From contig OZ251235.1 of assembly GCA_965240325.2 (NCBI GenBank), positions 1,798,001-1,862,000 on the forward strand: DNA of 64,000 nt. The letters are read 5' to 3'. The notes beneath the pieces were generated by a model. That model worked only from the letters and a program-made list of their open reading frames with translations. It did not search any database and was not told the origin of the DNA. Of the stretch, positions 29,420 to 39,190 are shown in pieces; position 1 is the first letter of the stretch, and every line of letters starts with the position of its first letter. This DNA comes from Rebecca billardiae RCC1528 (taxonomy: Eukaryota > Protista > Haptophyta). A program made the position numbers and the translations under genes.

Positions 29420-32060
29420 TCACATGGATGCGAGCTTCTTGATCATCGCGTGCGTGAAGTGGCGGTCGACCACCTGCGCCCGTCCGGCGTGAATCTCCTT
29501 GTGCAGCTCGCAGATGCGCTCCTCGACAGTGCCGCTGAAGGCGAAGCGCTTGATGAGCACCTGCTTGGTCTGCCCAAGCCGGTGGATCCGGCCGGCCGCC
29601 TGCAGCTCGACGGCCGGGTCGAGGCACGGCTCCATCAGGTACACGCGCGACGCGGCGGTGAGCGTGATGCCTACCGCGCCCGTCCTGAGCGTGATCACGA
29701 AGACCTTGGCGGCGGTGCGCTGCTCCGCCGAGAGCTGGAACTCGCGGATCGTCCGCGCGCGCACGCCCGCGTCCACGCTGCCGTCGAAGGTGCACACGTC
29801 GAAGCGCTGCGCGCGCAGGCTGCTGATCACCGCCTCGCACACTGTGCGGTTCTGCGAGAAGACGACTGCATGAACGCCCGGCTCCTTGGCGCGCAGCCTC
29901 GTGAGGTCGTCGAGGAGCGCGCGCACCTTGGTGCAGCGGTCGGGCTTGAGCGCGCGGTCGGCGCCGCACAGGTTGGCCAGGCAGCGCGGGCGCGAGTTTG
30001 GGTCGCCGTGCATCAGCGGCGTGTACACGTACTGCGTCGCGAAGTACCGGTTGGACACGCCGCGCAGCCCCATGCCACTGAAGCGCGCGCCACCCGTCGG
30101 CAGCTCCCTCGGGTCCTGCTGTTTCATCAGCCGGTACAGCTCGGACTCGTCGGCGGACATGGTGAGCCACACGGTCTCCACGCTCGCCGGCGGCAGCGAG
30201 AGCGCCTCCGACCCGCCGATCCGCTGCGCCTTCGTGTGCCGGATCATCACCTGGCGCAACAGCCGGACCAGCTCGGCCTCGCTGAGCGTCTTGATGGCGT
30301 CGCCGTCCGTCAGGCAGCCCACCGTGCGCGTGCCCGGGCTCCAGCCGGCGGGGCAGAGCGAGAGGCGCTCCGCCTGCGGCACGAGCTGCGAGACCGCGCT
30401 CGTGCACGGCGTGCCCGTCACGCCCCAGTAGTACCGCGCCTCCGCGCGCAGGTGGCCGCGGTTCACCTCGTGGATTTCGTCAAAGATGAGCCGGTGCACG
30501 CTCACCAGCTTGCCGAAGCGCAGCAGGATGTGCACGAACGGCGACATGACGATCACGTCCGCGTCGCGCAGGTCGCCCGCCGCGAGCGAGTGCGTCTTGA
30601 AGCCCGGGTGCCACGTGCGCACGGCCAGGCCGGGCGCGAACTTGGCGATCTCATCGACCCACTGCGCGCGCGGCGCGGCGGGCGGCGCGGGCGGCGCGGA
30701 CGGTGCGCGGGGCGTGGATCAACCCACTGGCCACCGCGCTGGCGCGGGGAGCGGCGCGTGCTTGCACGCATGCCCGCCGCGCACGCGCGCACCTGCCCGA
30801 CGATGGAGGGCGGGCACAGCACGACCGTCGCCTTGAGCTGGAACGGACGCCTGTTCCCAGCCGGCGCGGCGACGCGATCCCCAGCCGTGCTCGCGGAGCG
30901 CACCGCCCTCGTCAGTTGCGCATAGTCAGCGTCGCTCGCGCGGCGGATGGAGCTCGGGTTGGCGAGCATCAGCGCGATGCACGTCGCGGTCTTGCCCATG
31001 CCGACTGCGCGCGCGCACGAGCGGCACGCGCGTGCGCGCGGGCGGGCGTCAGCGCGCGCACGCGTCGGCGCGCGCGGCGGCGCGGCGGGCGCGCGGCGTA
31101 CCCTCGTCGCATAGCCAGCCGCCGCGCGGGGCACGGCTGTCCGCGGCCGACGCCTTCTCGAGGTTGAGCATGAACGCGAGCGACTGCTTCTGGTACGGGC
31201 GGAGCAAGCAGTTGGCGAGGCCGCGCGGCGCGGGCGCCTCCTCGGGGTACACCTGCTGCACGTGCTCGAGCAGCGCCGAGCAGCTCGTGGGCGCTGACGT
31301 GCGCGGGCCCGCGGGCGCGACAGAGGCGGAAGGACCGGGCCGCGGCGCCGACGGCGCACGCGCCACGGGCACTGGCGCGCGCACCGGCGCAGGCGCAGCC
31401 GGCGCCGGCGGAACTCGCTTGCGCCAGGCCGAGCGAGCGGCCTTCCATCGCGGCTCGCGGTGCTTCGCGGCGCAGTGCTCGTGCCACTCAGGGCAGCTCG
31501 AGGCCCGCGCGTCGCACACGTAGCAGTGGCACAGCGGGCTGAAGCGCGGAGCATGCGCGCGGCGCGCAGGTGCGCGGGCCGCGCGACGAGGGCGCGGCGC
31601 AGGGTGAGACGCGCGCGTGAGAGAGACGCGGGCATGGGTCGCGCGTCTCGCCGCGCGGCGCCAGTGCGCATGGCCGCGCAGCTGCGCCGCGTGCGCACCA
31701 GTGGGAGGACTCGGATCCGGGGGTCATCGGGTGAATGGCGCAGTTCTCACGCGCGTGCGGGAAGTCCGCGTTGGCGAACGCGCCACTCGCAGCGGTGATC
31801 TCGATGTCGCCATCGTCGCCGCTGGGGCCGGCGTTCATCTGGCACACAGCCGAAGCGCTGCGCCGCGCGTTCTCGGCGTGCACCTCGACGACGCCATCGT
31901 CGTCGTCGGCGTCAGACGCAGAGGCGCAGAGGTCGATGACGTTGTCCTTCGGGTCGCAGGCAGACGCGCCGTCCAGCGTTCGCCGCTTCTTCGCCGTCGG
32001 CTCGATGGACAGCCGATGCTCGCGCTCCGGAGTGTCGCACAGGTCCACGACCTCGGCCAT
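29420..32060 (-). CDS. SNF2 (Rad5/Rad16-like) helicase with an N-terminal Cys/His domain; exons 32060-31699, 31538-31102, 31004-30793, 30661-29420
   Basis: Three GT-AG introns restore HCPLCHCYVCD, GGWLCDEVGMGKT (motif I) and PPSIVGQWVDEI. Also LIFDEIH, WGVTGTP, VVFSQ, GAVGITLTAA and QAAGRIHRLGQ. Confidence 0.9.
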
Positions 32061-32323
32061 GTCGATCGGTGCGATGAGCGCTTCAAGCAGCGCTCCCAGC
32101 AATAATGCAAACGGTCTTTGTCCAGTCGGAGTTGTCCGGCGCAGGTCTGGAGAGGATGCAGAGCTACCTCCGTGTCCAATCTGAAATCTCCAGATCTGTG
32201 TGTCCGTGGCTTTGTGATTCTTCGCTGCCTTGGTGTGCGAGTCGACGACGCAAGCGAAATTGCCGGAGCAACGGAGAGAGGCCAGGCCGTCCGCATCGCG
32301 CCATCGCCTCGGCCGCGGAGGCG

Positions 32324-33781
32324 ATGTCGGACCACCAGAGCTGGTTCTCGAGGCGGCCGCCGCGCTGCCGCGCGTTCATGCTGTGGCTGGTGACGGAGAT
32401 GCCGACGCGGGCGATCCTACCCGCGTCAATCATCCGCCTGCTTGCCTACCCGAGCCGGCAGGGACCCCTCGCGCTCTGGGCCGCGATGGAGGTTCTCTTC
32501 TTTGGCTTCTACCTGGCGCTCAAGTACAAGCACTCGAGCAAGCCGGCGCGGATCCCGCAGCAGGACCACCTCGACCGGCAGCCGGTGGAGCCGCCGGCGC
32601 GAGCTCTGGAAGGGATGCTCACCGAGCTCACCACCGCCATCGGCCCCGACGGCGACCGCGCGGCCGAGGTGACGAGCTGGTTCCTCGGCGAGACCCACGC
32701 GCACCCGGAGTGGTCTGAGCTGCAGTGGGAGAACGTGGAGGAGTGGCTGGCGTGGGCCCTGTGGAACCGCGGGCGGGATGGCACGCACGCGACCGAGCTC
32801 GAGGCGCTCGTCGGCCGCGTGGAGGAGTGGGTCCTCGCGGGCGGGGGCGGCCTGCCGCGGCTGCGGCGCGGGTACAACGGGCGGCTGGTTGCGTGCCGGC
32901 TCACGCTGGACGCGCTCCGCTGCACGCACCGCCCGCTCATGGCCTACGTGATCACGCACCTGGCGGTGCGCGCGTACACGGGGTACGCGCTGCGCGCGCG
33001 CGGCTTCGTGCCGCGCCACGCGGGCGGCCTCCAGTACTGGCACTTGAGCCCGCCGCCGAGCGCGGCGGCGCGCGGCTCGCCCCGGCCGCCGCCGCTCCTC
33101 TTCCTCGCGGGGATGGGCGTCGGCCTCGTGAGCTACCTGCGCTTCATCGACACGCTTCGCGAGCTGATGCCGGGCCGCGAGGTCGTGCTCCTCGAGATCG
33201 ACTACATGTGCATGCGGCTGCCGCTCTCTTTGCACAAGGTGCCGTCGCCAGAGGAGGCGGTGCTCAGCCTGCGCGCCGTGCTCGCGGCGTGCGGCGCGCC
33301 GGCCGCGCACTGGATCGGGCACTCGTTCGGCACCGTCGTCATGTCGTGGGTCCTCCGCCTCGCGCCGCGCGCGTGCGTGGCGGCGTGCACCTTCATCGAC
33401 CCGATCCCCTTCCTCCTCTTCAAGTCGAACGTCGCCGTGCGCTTCGTGTACCGCCCGCCCGCCACGGCGCTCGACCGGCTGGTGCGCTACTTTGTGACCG
33501 AGGAGATTGGAATCTCGCACGCGCTGCACCGCCACTTCTCGTGGCCGCACAACCTGCTCGACCCGTCAGCGCTCGACGGGATCCCCACGGCGGTCGTGCT
33601 GAGCGAGTACGACAGCTACGTGCCGTCGCACGCCGTCAGCCGCCACCTCGCGCACGCCGCGCCGCACGTGCTCCTAGTGATGCTGGAGGCGCACTCGCAC
33701 TCCCAGTTCTGCGTGAGCCCGGACGGGCCGCTCGCCGTCGCGCGCGCCGTGCTCGACGCGGACGGGCGGCGCCCGGCGTAG
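32324..33781 (+). CDS. Alpha/beta-hydrolase fold protein
   Basis: PLLFLAGMGVG, nucleophile elbow IGHSFGT, FIDPIPFLL, LSEYDSYVP and a C-terminal His. Start codon uncertain (32324 chosen). Confidence 0.85.
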   Translation: MSDHQSWFSRRPPRCRAFMLWLVTEMPTRAILPASIIRLLAYPSRQGPLALWAAMEVLFFGFYLALKYKHSSKPARIPQQDHLDRQPVEPPARALEGMLTELTTAIGPDGDRAAEVTSWFLGETHAHPEWSELQWENVEEWLAWALWNRGRDGTHATELEALVGRVEEWVLAGGGGLPRLRRGYNGRLVACRLTLDALRCTHRPLMAYVITHLAVRAYTGYALRARGFVPRHAGGLQYWHLSPPPSAAARGSPRPPPLLFLAGMGVGLVSYLRFIDTLRELMPGREVVLLEIDYMCMRLPLSLHKVPSPEEAVLSLRAVLAACGAPAAHWIGHSFGTVVMSWVLRLAPRACVAACTFIDPIPFLLFKSNVAVRFVYRPPATALDRLVRYFVTEEIGISHALHRHFSWPHNLLDPSALDGIPTAVVLSEYDSYVPSHAVSRHLAHAAPHVLLVMLEAHSHSQFCVSPDGPLAVARAVLDADGRRPA

Positions 33782-34580
33782 CGCGACGACGCGTGTCGCA
33801 TGCACCGCGACGTGACTGACGGGGAAGCGCATGGACCCTGGACTCGCGCAGAAGTCCGTGGCCACTATACCGATCTACAACGGTATGACGCTTCACGACT
33901 TTGGCTGGTCGCACGACACTCGACAGGCTGCCACTACTGCGGTGCTAAGCCGCTTATTGCGGTCACGCGCATAATATGCGCGGATACAGCATCATCATCA
34001 GTCGTCACGCTGCCTGTCGGACGAGCACCGGCCCACCCGCGCTGCCCTGGCGCTGATGTTCGGGCATGAATAATGCCAGTGCATGCAGTCGTTGGAGTGA
34101 TGCGGCCACAGGCACAGTGGGGCATGCGGGGCTGCGGGCGCCGCACGGCCGAGCATGCGCGCGGCCGCCCGCCATTAGTTTATTGCGCGCCGCCTGTAGT
34201 AGCACCTGATGCTGCGCCTGATGCGCTGCTACTGATGATGACTAGCAGCGCTGTATATATATACTACATGGGCATCAGGGCGGGGGTGCCAGTGGCGCTG
34301 CCTACGGCGGCGCGGCTCGGGCGCCTGCCTAGGCTGCGTCGCGATCGATCTGAGGCACTCGGGGCCGGCGCAGTCCGGAAGAGCGCGGCTCCATGCCCTG
34401 TGGCCGCTCTGCGCCTGCTTGCCGCCGGTTTGGACACCCGCCGAACCCGGCCTGGCCCAGCCCAAATGGCAGTCCGACGTGAATCAGCCGACGACAGACG
34501 AGCCGTGTGGAAGCACTTTGGCGCGTGTCACTGTCGTCAGTAAGGCGGCCGCCAGAAGTGTCGCCTTGCGCGGCCCCGCG

Positions 34581-35108
34581 TTACAAAAGCTCGGCGGCAT
34601 CCGCCTTGGGCTCTGCGCGTGACGCGCCGTCCTGCCGAATCCCACCGCCACCGCCATCCGATTCCGCCACGCCACGCGGGCTGCCGGCGGCGCCGACGAG
34701 CGCGCAGCACAGCGCGCCGAGCAGCGCGAGCGAGCCGCCGCACAGCCGCTCGAGCCAGGTGGCGGCGAGCAGGTTGGCGGCGAAGCTGAGCGCCATGAGC
34801 AGCGCGCCGGCCCACGTCGCGGCGGTGAGCGCCGGGCTCCGCACCCCGTCGCGCACCGCCACGCCCTTGCTGTACACGCCGAGCGCGAGCGTGAGCATCA
34901 CGGGCACGAAGAGGGCGGCGAGCACGCGCAGCGCCCACGGCGAGCGGCCCGTGCGCGGGTCGTAGTGGCGGCCGCCGTAGGTGACGCGTCCGAGGGGCAC
35001 GCCGGACGCGATGGCCACCTGCAGGAGGGCCATCAGCCCGAAGATCGCCGCCGCCGCGCGCGCGCAGGCGAGCACCACCGACGGCGGCAGCGGGCACGGC
35101 GACGACAT
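34581..35108 (-). CDS. Small 4-TM membrane protein of unknown function
   Basis: LQVAIASGVPLGRVTYGG...LR...W...ANL...WLER pattern with four hydrophobic segments and GC3-rich codons. Confidence 0.7.
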   Translation of the reverse strand: MSSPCPLPPSVVLACARAAAAIFGLMALLQVAIASGVPLGRVTYGGRHYDPRTGRSPWALRVLAALFVPVMLTLALGVYSKGVAVRDGVRSPALTAATWAGALLMALSFAANLLAATWLERLCGGSLALLGALCCALVGAAGSPRGVAESDGGGGGIRQDGASRAEPKADAAELL

Positions 35109-35244
35109 GCCGGCGTCCGTCGGGGTCGAGCTTTGCCGCCACTGCTGCGGCGCTGCCCACGGAGGGCGGCGGTCCGGCCGCAGCCCTCGGCCGCCGCGAT
35201 CACGCGAGTTACCTGAGTGGCCGGCCCGGGCGGCGGGCCGCACG

Positions 35245-36507
35245 ATGGGGGTTGCGCACCGCGCCGCCCTGTCGCTGTGCGCCCTCGCGCTGCCCGTGCT
35301 GACCGCCGAGCCGCCGCGCGCGCGCGGCGACGTCGCGGGCGTCCCGGACGTCGGCGTCAAGCCCTCGCCGTGCGCGATGCTGTGGCGCGCCAAGCAGGCG
35401 CGCGGCGCGCGCGCGCGCCGCGCGCGCCGCTCGGCTCTGTCGCTGCTGCACGGCGAGCACGAGCTGCACGCGGGGGCGAAGCAGTCGGTGTTCGACTTCT
35501 TCGAGCCCGAGTGGGCGTGCGAGTCGGAGGAGCGCCTCGGCGGCCCCGTCTTCCCCCAGCTCGACCCGCCGTACCTCGCGTACGGCGACGGCCCCAAGTT
35601 TGTGTGCGGCGTGGACACGCTGCGCGCGCCCTGCCTGGTGTACAGCGTGGGCAGCAACGACGACTGGACGTTCGAGGCGGCGGTGCGCAGCCGCACGCCG
35701 TGCGAGGTGCACACGTTCGACCACACGCTCGCGCGCCGCGGGCTCAACTTCAGCGGCGCCGCCGTCGCCGCCTTCCACCCGCTCGGGCTGAGCGACCGCG
35801 ACGGCGCAGACGCGGAGGAGGCGGCGGAGGCGCGCCGGGCAGAGGCGCGCGCGGCCGCGGCGGCGGCGCGGGCGGGTGGTGGCGCGGCGGCGGCGGCGGC
35901 GCGGGCGGGTGGCGGCGCGGGTGGCGGCGGCGGGGGGCTGCTGGGGGCGGGTGGTGGCGGCGGTGGTGGTGGCAGCGGCAGCAGTGCTGCGCGGCCCGCC
36001 TCCGCCGGCGCCGCGCCCGGCGCGCCCGCGGGCGCGCGGCGCGGCCTAGAGCCCGGAGTGGCCGAGGCGAAGGGCGGGCCGATGCGCACGCTGCAGTCGA
36101 TGATGCGCGCGCTCGGGCACAGTGGCCGCGTGCTTGACGTGCTCAAGGTGGACTGCGAGGGGTGCGAGTGGCGCGCGCTGCCGCCCGTGCTGCGCGCCAT
36201 CCGCGACGGCCGGCTGCGCGTCGGCCAGCTGCTCGTTGAGCTGCACATGCATTGGGAGGCGGGCAACTATGACCACCCCAAGTACGCGCGCGCGCTGCGC
36301 AATGCGAGCGCGCTCTGGCGCGGGCTGGACGGCGCGCGGCTGCGCGCGTTCCACAAGGAGCGCAACGGCTGGGGCTGCGGCGGCTGGCGCTGCGCCGAGT
36401 ACGCCTTTGTGCACGACGCGCACGCGTGTAGGGCGTTCGTCTCCACGCACTGCCCGGGCGCCGAGGCGGAGGTGTGCGGCGGCGGCGCCGCCGCCGCCGC
36501 GCGCTGA
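35245..36507 (+). CDS. METTL24-like (Methyltransf_22/FkbM-like) secreted methyltransferase
   Basis: Signal peptide; ERLGG, GDGPKFVC, CLVYSVGSNDDWTFE, CEVHTFD, LKVDCEGCEW and QLLVELH. Confidence 0.88.
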   Translation: MGVAHRAALSLCALALPVLTAEPPRARGDVAGVPDVGVKPSPCAMLWRAKQARGARARRARRSALSLLHGEHELHAGAKQSVFDFFEPEWACESEERLGGPVFPQLDPPYLAYGDGPKFVCGVDTLRAPCLVYSVGSNDDWTFEAAVRSRTPCEVHTFDHTLARRGLNFSGAAVAAFHPLGLSDRDGADAEEAAEARRAEARAAAAAARAGGGAAAAAARAGGGAGGGGGGLLGAGGGGGGGGSGSSAARPASAGAAPGAPAGARRGLEPGVAEAKGGPMRTLQSMMRALGHSGRVLDVLKVDCEGCEWRALPPVLRAIRDGRLRVGQLLVELHMHWEAGNYDHPKYARALRNASALWRGLDGARLRAFHKERNGWGCGGWRCAEYAFVHDAHACRAFVSTHCPGAEAEVCGGGAAAAAR

Positions 36508-36968
36508 TCTGCTCGACGACGTTCGTCCGCCGCTACTCCTGCAATATTGCTCTGATGGGCGGCCTAGTAGTGGTGCCCCGGGCAGTGCACCACTACTAGG
36601 CGTCGAAGCGCAACGCTTGACCGCCAGGCTTGACGTACTACGTAGCACGGTCGACGTACGACGATGTCTGTCGTCGATCGTCGAAGACGCGACACCAGAG
36701 AAGGCAGAAGCGCGCGCGACCTGGCCGGCGTGCGCGGACGACTCGTCCTGCGGCCGCCGAGGCGCCTCGGAGTTAGTATCATAGCGCAATAAACCACACT
36801 ATATGAGAATGCTGGCTGCTGCCCGCGCTGCGGCCGGCTGGGCCTGGCGCTGCATGTGGCACATCATGATCAACTGTCAGACACTGTAGTGACTGTGACA
36901 AGCAGCTCGCGCGGACGCACGTCGGCGGACGAAGGGCGGCGCCAGTCCGCCTCGGCCGCACTGGAGAA

Positions 36969-38072
36969 TCAAGGCGGCGGGCACTTGACCGGATGGAACA
37001 CGACGCTGAACTTGCGGTCGGCGGCGCGGCTCGCGGACGCGGACAAATCAGCAGTCGTCACACTGTCACTCACAGTCACAGACGGGAAGAGCTCGGCTGG
37101 CAGATGCCTGAAGTCGCTCGCGTTGGCCGTCGATCTGCTGCCGTTGCGCACGAGTAGCTCGTACTGCCGCGCCTCCGCCACCGACTCGCGCGCGGCGCGC
37201 ATCGACGCCCTGCGCAGCGCGACCGGCTCGGTGACAAGACCCTTGAGGCCGAACGCCGCGTCGAGCCGCTTGTGCGAGCACCGCCGCTTCAGCTGTGTGG
37301 CGCACACATACGGCACCAGGGCCTCGTGGTGGCCGCGGAGCCCGCGGCGGATCGCGGCGTCGATGGCGCGCACGAGGCCGGCCGAGGCGCCGTGCAGCGG
37401 GACGAGGCAGTGCTTCGTCTCGTGCTGGCAGAAGCTGCAGCCCGCGCCCGCCCAGAACCACGCGCCATCCGTAATGCACTTAGAGGTGAGTAAGTACTCA
37501 GTATTCGGCTTGCGGTGCATGGGCGTGCGCAGCAGCAGCCGGCGCCAGGGCGTGAGCATGAGCACGTCGGACTCGGCGAACCAGAACTCGGTGTACTCCT
37601 GCCGCGCGGCCCACGCGAACCACATCACCTTGGACAGCCGCGAGTGGTACGGGCTGAACGCATGCACGGCCTCGAGACCGTACCCGCGCGCGCGGAGTCC
37701 ATACAGCGAGAGCGACTGCTCGAAGGGGACGACGCGCGCGTGCGCGCGGCCACGCAGGGAGCGCCTGGCGGCGGCGGTGACGAGCTCGGGGTCTGCCGAG
37801 GCCGTCGTGTCCAGCAGCACCACCACATCGCAGCGGCCCGGCACCGTGTCCGCCACGTGCTTTGCTCGGCCCGCGACGCAGTCCGTCCAGTTGCCGTGCG
37901 CGCCAAAGACGACCGCGCACGGGCGGCTCGTCTTGACGCGCTGGAAGGCCGGCTGGGGGGGCATGGCCTTCTTGCCCGCGCACGCGACGCCGAGCAGCGC
38001 GAGCCATGCCGACGCGAGGCGTCCTGCTGGCCGCAGGGCTCCACGCCACGGCCGCGAGCGGTCGGCCGCCAT
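36969..38072 (-). CDS. Secreted or membrane-anchored protein, possibly glycosyltransferase-like
   Basis: Signal/TM segment, YTEFWFAESDV...W, GHHEALVP and a terminal FHPVK, resembling GT-A-like families. Start MAADR at 38072. Confidence 0.6.
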   Translation of the reverse strand: MAADRSRPWRGALRPAGRLASAWLALLGVACAGKKAMPPQPAFQRVKTSRPCAVVFGAHGNWTDCVAGRAKHVADTVPGRCDVVVLLDTTASADPELVTAAARRSLRGRAHARVVPFEQSLSLYGLRARGYGLEAVHAFSPYHSRLSKVMWFAWAARQEYTEFWFAESDVLMLTPWRRLLLRTPMHRKPNTEYLLTSKCITDGAWFWAGAGCSFCQHETKHCLVPLHGASAGLVRAIDAAIRRGLRGHHEALVPYVCATQLKRRCSHKRLDAAFGLKGLVTEPVALRRASMRAARESVAEARQYELLVRNGSRSTANASDFRHLPAELFPSVTVSDSVTTADLSASASRAADRKFSVVFHPVKCPPP

Positions 38073-38226
38073 CCTGCTTGCTTGGTTCGCCAGCCGGAGC
38101 AGGCTGTGCGGCCGGCCGGCCATGCGTCGTCGAGGAGGCCTTTCCGGCAAGTGGGTGTGGCGCCCCTCGCCCAGCCGTTTCTGCTGGCCGGGGCGTGCGG
38201 ACGCCCTCGGCGCCGCGAGCATCGCC

Positions 38227-39068
38227 ATGGCGATCGACCCGTACATCGGGCAGCGGCACATACCCTCCGACCCGGCCCCGATCTGGGGCCGCGAGAGCTA
38301 CGACCAGCAGCAGGCCGCCAAGAACCGCAATGCCGAGTACCTTGCCGATTTGCGGCGACAGATGAGCGAGCAGCGCGTGCGCCGGCGCAACGAGCGCTTC
38401 GGCCCCGCGGTCAACCCAAGCGGCGCCGAGGCCGGCGCGGTCGGCGCACACTACGTCGCGCCGCCGCCACCTGAGGCGGCCGAGTCCGCCGCCGCCGCCG
38501 CACGCAACCAGCGCCGCGCGCGCGGAGGACAGGTCGGGGCACAGCTGTTTGGAGCGGAGGATCGCTCGCACGCCGCGGGCGACGACGGGTTGGGCGACGC
38601 GCCCCTGCGGGCGCCTGCGGGCGTGCCGACGCAGCCATACGCGCGCTCTCCGCCGCCGCCGGCCGCGGAGGCCGCCGCCGCCGCAGCCAGGCCGGCCGCG
38701 GGCGCCCGCGTTCCGGTGGGCGCCGGCGGGAGTCCTGTGTTTGCCGGTGGGAGTCCGGTGTTTGCCTCGCCGCCCTACGCCGAATATCGCGAGGCGCTGG
38801 CCGCCGAGGCGGGCGCGGGCGCGGGCGGGTATGGCGGGGAGAGTGAGCCGCCGCCTGCTGGGCGGCTTCCCGCTCGGCTGCGCGCGCTGCAGCGCGATGC
38901 GCAGTCGGAGGCGGCAACGGCGCAGCCGCAACCGCAGCAGCAGCAGCAGCAGCAGCAGTGGCAGCAGCAGCAGCAGTGGCAGCAGCAGCAGTGGCAGCAG
39001 CAGCGGCTGCAGGAGGAGCAGGCGCGTGCCGAGGCGGAGGAACGCGAGGCTCAGCGTGCGCGCGAGGC

Positions 39069-39145
<77 letters not shown>

Positions 39146-39154
39146 GGCAGCAGC

Positions 39155-39190
<36 letters not shown>

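Noticed and set aside
36856-38226. N-terminal 457 aa of the 1941-aa ORF
   Set aside because: It is antisense to the 36969-38072 gene; the plausible start is ATG 38227.
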